Of a DNA stretch of 64,000 nt, positions 37,338 through 49,074 are shown one piece after another (positions within the stretch are counted from its first letter, which is position 1; every line of letters starts with the position of its first letter). The stretch comes from Euprymna scolopes. Lineage: Eukaryota. Location of the stretch: assembly GCA_053919585.1 (NCBI GenBank), contig CM132786.1; one strand, 5' to 3'. The position numbers were made by a program, and so were the translations under genes. The notes beneath the pieces are model-generated. The model was not told where the DNA came from. It saw nothing but the letters and a program-made list of their open reading frames with translations, and did not search any database.

Positions 37338-38816
37338 AAATAAGTTAATAAATTCCGACGAAAGAAAGATGTATATTTAAATAAGGGAGTAGTCACCAAC
37401 AATGTGTATTTTTTAACATTATTTTATTATTCCGTGTCTTGGTTTTTCATTGAGAATTATGTTTGGATCATTGTAATAATGTTTTTAAGTCATTGAAATC
37501 GTTTACGTACGTTTCAGACGGTCTGATGCGTCCTCGTCAGAAATTATTTTCAAATGTGTAAAAATGGCCACTTTCTAGTTAGTTTGAAGTTTTTCCAAGG
37601 GGTGAAGGCTTGTAAGTGTTTATTATACATTGGTATGCTGAATTTTTATTGCTTTTTTTTTTTTTTTTTGGTTTGTCCAGGGAGACCTTTTGACCTCGCT
37701 GTAGTCAGTCGCTATCTCTTTCTGCTAATGTATTTTTCTTTTCCNNNNNNNNNNNNNNNNNNNNNNNNNNNNNNNNNNNNNNNNNNNNNNNNNNNNNNNN
37801 NNNNNNNNNNNNNNNNNNNNNNNNNNNNNNNNNNNNNNNNNNNNNNNNNNNNNNNNNNNNNNNNNNNNNNNNNNNNNNNNNNNNNNTTGGGAATGTGTAT
37901 ATTGTTTTATAGTATTTTGGGGTTATTTGCTTTCTTAGGAAGGTTGCTGTGGTCCGAGGTCGTTACTAATGTGTGTGTGGGGGGAAAGGGGACTGGCTCT
38001 TCTGAAGGAAGGGTAGGCATTCTATTTTGATATTTATTTTTTGGATTCTGTGATTTTAGTATTGTGATTTTTCGTTTTAGTCTTATATTATGTTTGTTTA
38101 GAAACAGGGGTGTATTTAAAATAGGGGATTTTTTAATGTTTCTATTTATTTGTCTCCCCATGTGGGTATGGCCAGACCCAGGATCGGTTCCTAGTGTGGG
38201 GAAGATTTTGTTCCCCAGAGGGGGCATTGGGGGGGTGTAGGTATGGGAGGGGGATGATAGAAGGGAAGATAGTCGTTTCAGTCATGAGGGGGTTCTCCTC
38301 CCCTGACTGAGGAGGGAGCGAGGTGTTGGAACAGATATTATACTATGGTTCTAAGTGTCTCCTCGTGTTGTTGGTTTCGAGGTTAAGTAGGGTTGGTATT
38401 GTTCAGTGTGCTGTATTAGAGATAGGGGTGTTATGTCTGTGTGTGGTTGTATGCGCGCACGTGTGTGTGTTTTAATGTGTCGGTTCTGATTTATGTGTGT
38501 GTGTGTATGTGTATGTGTATGGGTGTGCATGCGGGTGTACCTTGCATTTCATGTTTTTGTGTGATGGTATTAGGTTCTGATCAGTTCAGGAGTGAATTTG
38601 GTGATGAAGTTTTTTTTCCTGTGTAAGTAAATAAAAATAATTGTCTGTTTGGAAGATTGGCATTATTTTGAAGCTGTTTCCACTGCATGTGTGTACGTGT
38701 TTTGAAACATAGAGGTGTCTGTTATCTGCAATTTTTATGTTGCTCTTATGTAAGGCCACTCTATTGCTGAAATTTTTGGTGGCGCCTATGTAGGATTTGT
38801 TGCATGTTGTGCATCT

Positions 38817-38828
<12 letters not shown>
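37336..38828 (-). mobile_element. 5'-truncated Penelope-like element (GIY-YIG C-terminus, 3' UTR and pseudo-LTR) lying in a (TA)n tract
   Basis: Minus 38828-38570 translates IYALRCTTCNKSYIGATKNFSNRVALHKSNI..SKHVHTC..QEK(frameshift)NFITKFTPELIRT*. This ORF is absent from the ORF track. (TA)n lies on both flanks and a hammerhead sits near the 3' end. Confidence 0.85.
37491..37556 (-). ncRNA. Type I minimal hammerhead ribozyme
   Basis: CAUUUGAAAAUAAUUU-CUGACGA-GGACG-caucagac-CGUCU-GAAAC-guac-GUA/AACGAUUUCAAUG. Intact core, 5-bp stem II, palindromic stem III, and UUGAAA/UUUCAA pairing in stem I. Confidence 0.8.
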
Positions 38829-38870
<42 letters not shown>

Positions 38871-38879
38871 ATATTTAAA

Positions 38880-40562
38880 GCATACCTGATCTACCTCGGT
38901 GTTCCATGTTTAAAAAGAATGTGTCCTCTATGATAACAGACCTGACAGGACAGTTAATTGTGGATATAGACAGATTCATATCCTCCAATATTCCAGCAAA
39001 AACCTTACAGCCAGCCGTGGTTCTCCCCAGAATGTGTCGCTGCCGTTGCGCACAGAAATCACTTTTTCCATAGCTACCAACATATGTGATGTAACCAGAC
39101 CAAAGTCGCTTTCAGGAATGCCAACAACCATTGCAAAACAGTAATAAAAATGCAAGAGAATTATATGCTCAGTCCGTTAAATCTAAAGTAGCTTAGCAGC
39201 AGCTTGGTCCCCACAGGTTTTTGCATATAGCCATAAGGATCCTGAACAGAAGCGTGTGTTTTATCCCAACTACCATTAATGGGGTCCATCTCGTTACCAT
39301 TAGACAAAGCCAAACTATTTGCCACGAACTTTGCAGCTAATTTTACCCTATGAGACCAAGGCCAACGATCCCCTATATTTCATCCTATAATGGACAACAC
39401 GCCATGCGACATACAATTATTTGTGTGCAATATTACCAAGCTAATCAAGAACCTTGATTTCAGTAAAGCAACTGGCCCCAACGGCATTCAATTATAGTGT
39501 GGAAAAAGCCTCAGCCAGAAATTGCACCCATACTGACAAAACTGTTCAAGAATTGTCTGAAGGAGAATTGCCTCCCAACATACTGGAAAACCTCATCGGT
39601 ATGCCCTTTATTTAAGAACTCAGGTGATAGGTCATCTCCCTCTCGGTAAAAATCAGTAAGTCTCCTTTGCGTCATGAATAACTTGCTGGAATCCTGGAAT
39701 CCGTATTAAATAAATCAGTACAACTTCAGCAGAAATAACCTTCTTGTGACACGCAATATTGTTTCCGTTCTGCTAGATCTCCATCAGATGCGCTAACGGT
39801 TATATCTCATAGAATTAGTGACGCTCACCAAAAATTCTTTCTTTCTAGGGCAATTGCTTTTGACATATCAAAGGCCTTTGATAGGGTGTCGCATATAGGC
39901 CTACTTTGCAAGGTTTCCAGCTACGATCTAGCTAGAAATGTCTTCTCAATTATTAAATCATTTCTCTCTGATAGGTTCATAAATGCAGTGGTTGATGGGT
40001 ACAAATCGGAAGCTCACAGTATTAATGCTGGAGTCGCTCAGGGATCCATCTTGGGCCCAACTCTCAGTTTAAAATATTTCAAAATAGACTTCGTTTCTTA
40101 GTGGAAGATGACTTTTTTCTTCACTTCAACCTCTTTCCCACAGAAGAGACGTTGCGAGCCTGTATCGTTGTTTCCATAGCAAGTGCTCGTCTGAGCTTCA
40201 ATCTCTGGTCCCCCCTCTTCAACCGTTCACAATAAACATATCCAGCTGAAACCACCGTCAATAATTTTCTCATCTCTTTATCTGTGTCTAAACCAAAACG
40301 TAGATCCCATGAACTTCCGTAGAACTGCACGCCTATGGAACTCTCTTCCGTTTGCCTGTTTCCCAGCTGATTACAATTTGGTTGTCTTCAAGTCCAACAT
40401 AAACATATTCTTGATGAACCGTCCCTTTGAGTAATCCAATTTACCAATTTTTTTATTACTAACGATTACTACGATATTATCCCAATGTCTACTGTACACT
40501 CAATAATCCGTATCCTCGAGTAGGCCCAGAGCCTTGATAAGTGGTGGCTTCTATGTAAAAAA
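38880..40562 (+). mobile_element. CR1/Zenon-like LINE subfamily A with internal deletion
   Basis: Aligns with 34747-36515 (INAGVAQGSILGPTL, then a jump to the RT C-terminus) and has the same 3' tail. Confidence 0.9.
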
Positions 40563-43500
40563 GTGAAATAAATAGTTTGTTTTCAAGCAAATTTAAGAGA
40601 GAATTTAAAAAATCAGGAAAACCATGATTATTTTCTTATTAAATCTTATATGACAACACAATTTTAGATTTTATGCGAATTTCGCAACTTTTCTTTTTAT
40701 AAGGAACGCACAAACCTCGCAGCCATCTGTTTATTTTATTTTTCTAAAAATAATTGGAAAACATCTGTTTTTCTTTCGATCCTTTTAAAATTTTAATATG
40801 ATTTTACACTTTAATCTTTTGCCCATTATCTTTTATAAATGAGTCACTACTAATCAAGCCTGGATGCCACTCGAGGATAAGAGTTAATGCGTGCACGGCA
40901 GTCAATGCGACAATATTGTAGTAATCGTTAGTAGTAGAAATTTGGTAAATTGGATCACTTAGGGGGACGGCTAATCAACGTGGGATAACGACCATATAGT
41001 AGCCAGCTAGAAAAGGAAATTGAAGACGGTTCCACATGTGTGTAGTTCAAAGAAAGTAGCTTTGGACATGGAATCTACGCTTATGTTAAGGTTGAGATAA
41101 AGAGTGGAGAATTTATTGATAGTGGATTTGGCTGGACGAGTGTTTTTCGTGAAAGTTTGGGAATGGAGACTATTGATTAGCAGCTTCTCTCATGATGCAG
41201 TAACAGTACTCAATCCTCTGACGTATTTGGTTTTTATACTGGTGGAAAATTGCATCGTCGGTGAGATATCTGATGTAGAATGATTAAACCATTTTCCAGC
41301 ATTCTTGGCTACAGATTTGATGTACGTGTTACATTTCAGATCAAGAGTAAATGTAAGAGCATGAAGTTTATCAAATAATAAAGCCTCCATAAGACGACAG
41401 CCACTCATTTCAATTGATGCCAGAAGGGAGTCAGAGCGTTTTTATGGAAAGATAAAAGCTTCGTTTTAGATGCATCAAAATGAACTAACAACCCATTTTC
41501 CCATTACACCACGTGCTCAAAGTCAGACGAGAGTAAATCAAAGAAATCTTTGTCATTTATGGAGTTTGATCTGTTGCCAAAGATGATAGTGTAATCCGCG
41601 TAAATGTCTACGAATGGTCTTTGCGTGTGATTCGCAAATCTTTGATGTAGATTAGTAAGAGATTCGGGGTCATTATTATCACCTGAAGGAGTTTAGAATA
41701 AATACTGTAAGTGTTCGGTTTCTGTCCATCAACTACTACACTTATAGAACTTACTAAAGAGAGCATACATTTCCAACTACACCGTAGCTCGAGAGCTTGT
41801 GAAGTAGAGATTTATGTCAAACCATATTTTAATATGTCAAGAGCAAGCGCCCTAAAAACGAAGCATGAGATTAAAGAGATTCGCTAATCTTAATGAGATA
41901 TTACTGTTACCACATCTGCTATAAATATAGCAGAACGGAAACCATAATGCATATCACGTAGGAGGGTATTTTTGCTGCATGGCTGATTACTTCTCTTTTC
42001 GTACAGATTCCAGCAACTTAGTAAAGACGCACAGGAAGTTAATTGATCTGTATAGAAAGAGAGATGACCGATCATCTGAATTTTTAAATACACGGAATGC
42101 CGATGAGTTTTCCAGTGTGTTGGAAAGCAATTCTTTTAAAAAAACGCTTAAACAGCTTTTTTAAGTATTGGAGCTAGTTCTGTTTGAAGCTTTTTCAGTA
42201 CTATAATTTGCATGTCAGTATGCCTGTTGCTTTACTGGAATCAATGTTTTCTTTTTTTAGACTGGAAAAATCACACACAGATATTTGTATTTCGCAAAGC
42301 GTGTTTTCAGAAACAGGAGAAAAAACTGGGGTTGTCGGTTTTGATCGCATAGGGTAGAATTAGCTGCGAAGTTTTTGGCTTTGTCCGATGCTAACGAGAT
42401 CACCCCATGTCCATTGATGATGGTTTGGAAAGAGCACACGCTTCTGTTCAAAACTTGTGGGAAACAAACCCCTGCTCAACTATTTCAAACTTGACAGACT
42501 GAGCATATAACTCTCTCGCAGTCTTTATTTCTCTTCTATAGTGATTTCTGGCAGTCCTGAAAGCGGTTTTAGTCTCAGTAAATCTATTTCGTTGAAAGCA
42601 ATGAAACAAAGTGGTTTCTGTGCGCAGTGGCAGTAGAACATTCTAGAGAGTACCACGGCTGATTGTTAGGTCTTTTGCTGGAACATTTGAAGTGAATGAA
42701 GCGGTTAATACCTACAGCTAAACACTCCGTCATGTCTGATAGTATAGATGATACGTTCTTTTTAACATGGATAGCAGATGTATATCAGATATAAATGTAC
42801 CGAAGTTATTTACTCAGTCATGGAGTACGATGAAAAGGTACGTCTGAAAACAGAGTGCATTTTGTTTGTACCTTGTCTAAGACAACCGAGTGGTCGGAGG
42901 ATTCTCGTGAAGACATAAAGGGAGATGAACATAGTCCAGTGCAAGATGCACGAAAATGGTCTATGAGACTTGCATACCAACAGTCTGTGTTTGGCACATA
43001 GGTGGTTTCGAAAACAATCTGAGTTAGGTCAAAAGCAATGGAGAAATTGGGGAAGAACTTCCCTTTATTATCTATCTTGTTTACATAGTGAACATTTATG
43101 TCTTCAACACAGAGAGAGAATGCTAATTATTTTCGCTGATATGCTCTTAAAAACAGAAGCTCCACTGTTTTGAAGGCGATAGAGGGCAAATGCACTTCTG
43201 TGAGCAAGTGCAACCAGGAATCTCATATATGGCAGGTTAGGGTCTTCTCCGGATATTTCTTTACAACATGGAAAGACATCGCTAATGTAGGCACATATTC
43301 TCTGTCAATTGCTATCTTGGGGTTGGATTTTTATGGTACGTTGAGTATCCTTTTATCACGAACTCATCTAGATAAATAGTAGGTCCAATGCCAGTTCCGC
43401 ATGAAAACAAAACGTCTGGTTTGGTCTCCTATAATTGGGTTTCAATCTCTGGAAGGTTGAAATGTAGACTCCTGATGTTGGAAAAGAAAACTTAGAAGTG

Positions 43501-43621
43501 GGGTCTAAAGTGGAAAATAGAGTCCTTGTATTTTTTCTTTCAACTTTTCAGGCAGAAAAATAAAAGCGAAGAAATTATTTTGTATAATAATGATAAGATA
43601 AACCCATAACAATTACCCATT

Positions 43622-45731
43622 TCTAATAGAAAACAAATCTGGACTGCATTTTGTCAGCATTCGAACATTATCAGCTCTGGCCCGTTCAGTCCAGTTCTCC
43701 ATAACTCAACTCAACTTAACTCCCGACGTCTTCACTGACGGACTTATATTCCCTCATTCCAGTGTCTAACTTCATTCATATGCAAATCAGGACGCGATCA
43801 ACCCTAATCATTTGTCGCCTTTTTGTGTCATATCATCAGGTTTCGAGTTCTGAGCGTCGCACATGCCACCCGTGGCAGCCTGCCTCCGTAACTGTAGTCA
43901 CACTCCTCCCTGATCTCATGCTCACAAATAGGACAAGGATGTAGTATCTGTTTTTGTCGGGAACTCCTTAGCAGAAGTGGGGCTTATTCAGAAACATTTG
44001 CTTCCACTTCTGCCTCGTGCAATGCATTTGATTTAGCCTTATCTTCATCGTATCCTAACCTCTCGAACCGCAACTGTTCTACGATACATCGTCAGACCCA
44101 ACTGGCTCACGATAAACCGCCAGTCGCAACTGGCCCACGATACACCACCAGACACAACTGGCCCACGATACTCGGCTGGACACAGAGAATTTAATTTTTA
44201 AATTTCTCATTAAAAAAAAAACGACTTTTTACATACAAGTCGACTGAATCTCATTGTAAGTTTCTTTAATAGCGATGACATTTTCTTAAAAAAAAAACAA
44301 CCAAATCCGACTAGAATTGTACTTTCATTAACATAACTCTTTCGTTTAAAAACGACAACATTTTTCTTTTCAACACAGGATTTTTACAGGTTTTTACATA
44401 TGTACATGGTCAGTTCACCGAAACATTAAAGTCTCACAAAATCTTATTCTTCGTTCTCTCGTTGGCGGCAAGATAGAAGAAAGGGGTCTCCGGGAGCGTG
44501 TGTCTTTCTCAAGATTTAGCTTCAATCTTTCTCTTCCGTCCCGTGTATGCGCTCTTATACAAAGGTCACGAGGTGGGTCTATCGATCTGCTAAACTAATC
44601 AAGGCTAGCCACGTCAAACGGGGAATACCCGACTTCTTTGCGTGTGTGTATTTCAGCAATCCGTCCGCAGTTTCGTAAATTTAGGACCAAAATGTGAAAT
44701 TGTTTTCACATGACCCCAAGGGGTCAAATCCTGTAAATATTCTCTACTCAGAGACCCATAACGTATGAGCGTCCCTCAGGCCAACAAGTCTCGTTTCTAC
44801 ATTAATCCGACATTTCCTGTCATGTTTTAAACAAAAATTATCTGTCTTTTTTACAAAGCACAATGAACTTGTCTCTTTTAATAGGTCACCTGTCGCTATC
44901 CGGGATTCAATTAATGTTTACCGGACAATCTCAGCATATTTACCCGGTCTTACTCAGAGTTTTAGGAGATCTTAAGCTCCCAATGAGGAACAGTATCACT
45001 CCTTGAGACGGTTACGTCATACATACAAGTCGTCCGAATCACATTTAAAGTTATGTATACAGTGACGACTTTTATCAGAAAATATAACCGAATTTCATTC
45101 AAAATTCCTCATTTAAAAACGACTTTTTAATACATACAAGTAGACCGAACTTCATGTTAAGTTCTTTTAAAAGCGACGACTTTTTTCTCCAAAACAAAAA
45201 AAAATCCGACTCGAATTGTACTTTTATCGAAATAATTCTTTCGTCTAAAACCCTAACCTTTTTTTCTTTTATGCACAACAGGATTTCATTTTTAATTCTG
45301 TATTGAAAAACGACTCATTTACCTCTCCCTTTGACAACGCTTTCAACTTTCAACGCGGTTTTTAATTTTCCAGGTTCGACGCGAATCATTTAAAATTTCC
45401 CACTTTTATTTCGGCCGCATCGGATTTATATTTAAAGCCGAAATAGCTTCTAATATAAAAAAAATCTGGACTGGATTCTTGGCAGCTTTCGAACATTCTC
45501 AGCTCTGACCCGTTCAGTCCAATTCTCCATGACTCAAGTTAACTCAATTCCAAACATCTTGCCTGTCGGCCTTATATTCCCTCATTCCAGTGTCTAGCCT
45601 TATTTATATGCAAATCAAGACGCGATAGAACCTTATCATGTGTCGCCTTTTCGTGTCCTATTGGTCAGGTTTCGAGTTCTGAGCGTCGCACATGCTTCCC
45701 TTGGCAGCCTGCCTCCGTGGCTGCAGTCACA
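43622..45731 (-). mobile_element. Non-autonomous LTR retrotransposon (2.1 kb, no recognisable coding region)
   Basis: Diverged direct repeats 43622-43902 and 45449-45731. 5-bp TSD CCATT/CCACT; the empty site ACAATTACCCACTAGT is seen at about 23781. PPT AGGGAGGAG (43903-43911) and PBS AGCTATTTCGGC (45437-45448). Internal 28-bp repeats at about 44068-44180. Confidence 0.85.
45437..45448 (-). promoter_or_regulatory. Primer-binding site complementary to tRNA-Phe nt 1-12
   Basis: The plus strand GCCGAAATAGCT abuts the 5' LTR and is identical to 58141-58152. Confidence 0.8.
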
Positions 45732-47282
45732 CCACTAACATGACATTGAGAAGCCCTTCCCTCAGAATCTACTCTATGGTCGATTTCACCAAATGGCAAA
45801 AAAAAAAACAGCCCCAGTATTTTGGACCCTCTGATAGGATGACCTACTTACTGGTTAATCCAAATTGCGGGTTCCTGACTATAAAGCGAATAAGGCAGCT
45901 CAGCACCCCTATGAGTGATATGGTTATAAGAATAGAAATAGAAAATTTCCGACATCTCATGCAACTGCCTTTTCCGCTGCACTGTCGACATAGAATGCAG
46001 CTTTTTCTTCTACCTTATTCAGAAAAATCACTTCTGCTACATGTGACCTGATTGATAACTTAGGAGAATGAAATTTACTGGAGTTGCCAATAACGCATGC
46101 ACAATAAGTTGTCTCCTTTCAATTAATAATAATAATAAGAAGAAGAAGACGAAGAAGAAGAAGAAGAGGAATAAGACGAAGAAGAAGAAGAAGTATTTTT
46201 ATTGAAAACCTATATTTTGAATGCTAAGTAATACGAATTATTCCCAAATATTATGTCATTACATATGTAAATAATAATAATTTTGAAAAGAATTTCAGAC
46301 GGTAAAAATAATATTGTACCAGCCATTATACGTCCGCTGTATTGGCATCCGGATGAAACACGTTTCACGCACAGACCTAGTGACAACGTAGTCCCCAACT
46401 CCACCTACTCATTTGCTAGTATGTATGATCTTTTTTCTCCATCTTGTATGTGACAGGATAAACATGACAACTAGAAGCAATATGTACTTTATGTGTCTGG
46501 GTTTCTTGTTTTGTATGTTATAAGTACTGATAATCGATAATCGAAAGAATACGATTAAAGAAAGAACATTCCAATTTAACCAAAGTTAAAAGACCTAATT
46601 CATTCTAACATCACAAGTGAGTGTATTCTTTGTCGGACTATTAATAGGCAAAGAAATTGCTTATCTATATCTCTACATTACTTTAAAAGTAAATTGTAGA
46701 AGCTTTATCACTGCACAAGAAGCAACGCACTGCCAATAAAATCATCAATAAATTCGTTGATAAAACAGGAATTCCAGAATAAATGTTTCTGCCTAGAAGC
46801 CAAACTATTATATTTAATTTTAGCATTTTAAACTTAAAGTCATGCCATTATACTTAAATTTATATTGCAATTTCCCTGTTATTCTAATAACAGCCAAACT
46901 GCTATCCAGATTCAACGCTCTCAAAATATTGTAGATCAATAGTTATTTTCATTTGGGAATACTATTTTATCTAATGGCGTTATTCTTGTTATTAGTTGAA
47001 ATTAATGTAACATATGACGTTTCAGAAATGTTATTTTTTCTCATTATAATTTAAATAACAATGAAATAATTAGTTTAAGTTGTTATAAGTCAGTTGGAGA
47101 TACTTTGTATCATGCTTTCAGCTAACTGTCAAGGCAGAAAAAAATACAAAAGCAAAATTGGTTATTATTACGATTACCTTCTATTTTTATTGGGGGTGGG
47201 GGTTATATATTTTCCTATTATACAGGGTAAAATGATAAATTTGTCGATCTAAAGAAAACAAGACTGAAGCTTTATTTTCTAG

Positions 47283-48005
47283 CAAATATTGAGCAATTCT
47301 AATCGAATAGTATTTTGAAACAAATATTGACCAAATTCTATTCGGATAGTATTTTGAAGCAAATATGGAGCAAATTCTATTCGGATAGTATTTTTAAACA
47401 AATATTCAGCAAATTATTTTCGGATAGTATTTTGAAACAAATATTGAGTACATTCTAATCGGATAGTATTTTTAAACAAATATTGAGCAAATTCTATTCG
47501 AATAGTATTTTTAAACAAGTATTGACCAAATTCTATTCGGATAGTATTTTTAAACAAGTATTGACCAAATTCTATTCGGATAGTATTTTAAACAAATATT
47601 GAGAAAATTCTAATCGGATAGTATTTTTAAACAAAAATTTGAGCAAATTCTATTTGAATAGTATTTTTAAACAAATATTGAGCAAATTCTATTCGGATAG
47701 TATTTTGAAACAAATATTGAGCAAATTCTAATCGGATAGTATTTTAAACAAATATTGAGCACATTCTAATCAGATAGTATTTTGAAACAAATATTGACCA
47801 AATTCTATTCGAATAGTATTTTTAAACAAATATCGACCAAATTCTATTCGGATAGTATTTTGAAACAGATATTGAGCAAATTCTAATCGGATAGTATTTT
47901 AAACAAGTATTGACCAAATTCTAATCGAATAGTATTTTGAAACAAATATTGAGAAAATTCTAATCGGATAGTATTTTTAAACAAATATTGAGCAATTCTA
48001 TTCGG
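47283..48005. repeat. Tandem minisatellite of about 39 bp, about 18 copies
   Basis: Unit AAATATTGAGCAAATTCTATTCGGATAGTATTTTTAAAC with single-base variants. Confidence 0.95.
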
Positions 48006-49074
48006 TTAGTAGAGCTGACATCTATTCAATGTAGCTACCTTCAACCTAAATTAACGTCTCGATAAGTGTCTAGAACTGCGAGCATGTTATTTCCATCACG
48101 ATACCGATATTTATTACATTTTACTAAGTGTGACCTCCCGATACGCCGAGTAATATAGCCAAAAGAAGATTAAATATTGAAAACTATGAATAAGCTTATT
48201 TAGTAGATGTTTGGTATATAGAAATTTTCGAAAAAAAATTTCCAGGCCATTTTAGTTATTCTCCGCCGTTAGTTTTTTACCTGTCATATAAATTTCAACG
48301 AAATAGGATTTATTTCAAGTTTAAATAGATTTCCTTAAGCGTAGCTGACTAAGGCATTTAAGACACTTAGAGATTTGGGACCCCTTTTATTATCCGTCAC
48401 ACAATATTTTATACATAGCGTTTAAATATTATTACAATATAAGATGCTTGCAATTGATAAAAAAGAATTATGCTTTCTTAATCACTTCTATAACCATGCA
48501 CTTTTAGATTTTATGTAAATAATCTAACCTTACTTTCTATATGGGACACATAAATACCGTCACGTCTATTGCGTTATATATATATATATATATATACAGA
48601 AGTATTCTACATATAAAGTAAACACATTCGTCTTTATTTCGAGTGTTCTAACATTTAATACTTTTAATGGGTCTTCCTTTAAATTTAAGTCCTATTTTCC
48701 AAAGCTCATACATTGAATGTTGCATAAAACTTCTTTTCTGTCGATTCATACGCAAATAATAGTATTTTCAGTAATAATTGAAAAGAACTTTATGCGGCTG
48801 TAATGATATTATAACCGCGATCTGACGTTTAATGTATTAAATATCACTAACAACACTAGTGTATACACTTTCTTTGAAGCTTCATCTAGCGTGACCAGAT
48901 AATCAAGCAAATATTTGGCACTTTTAGATACATTCAGTGTAATGTGGACTATAGCATATTGTGAACTAAGTCATTGCTGGGTGGCATGTGAAGCTTTATC
49001 CCGGTGCATCGCGATGGGTTCGCAACTAGGGCAGGCAATTACTCAATTTTATTGAAAAGTTAGCGATTTTATTT

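Larger units (their letters stand above)
40775..46110 (-). mobile_element. CR1/Zenon-like LINE subfamily A, near full-length and degenerate, interrupted in its 5' leader by an LTR element
   Basis: LTFTLDLKCNTYIKSVAK, HYGFRSA and KNFAANSTLCDQ remnants; the leader resumes at 45732. Confidence 0.85.

Noticed and set aside
47283-48005. CRISPR-like repeat of about 39 bp
   Set aside because: Pure head-to-tail minisatellite without spacers.
49000-49029. Helitron 3' end (GC-rich hairpin followed by CTAG); similar motif near 26865
   Set aside because: Imperfect hairpin and no identifiable 5' end or body, so too little to call.
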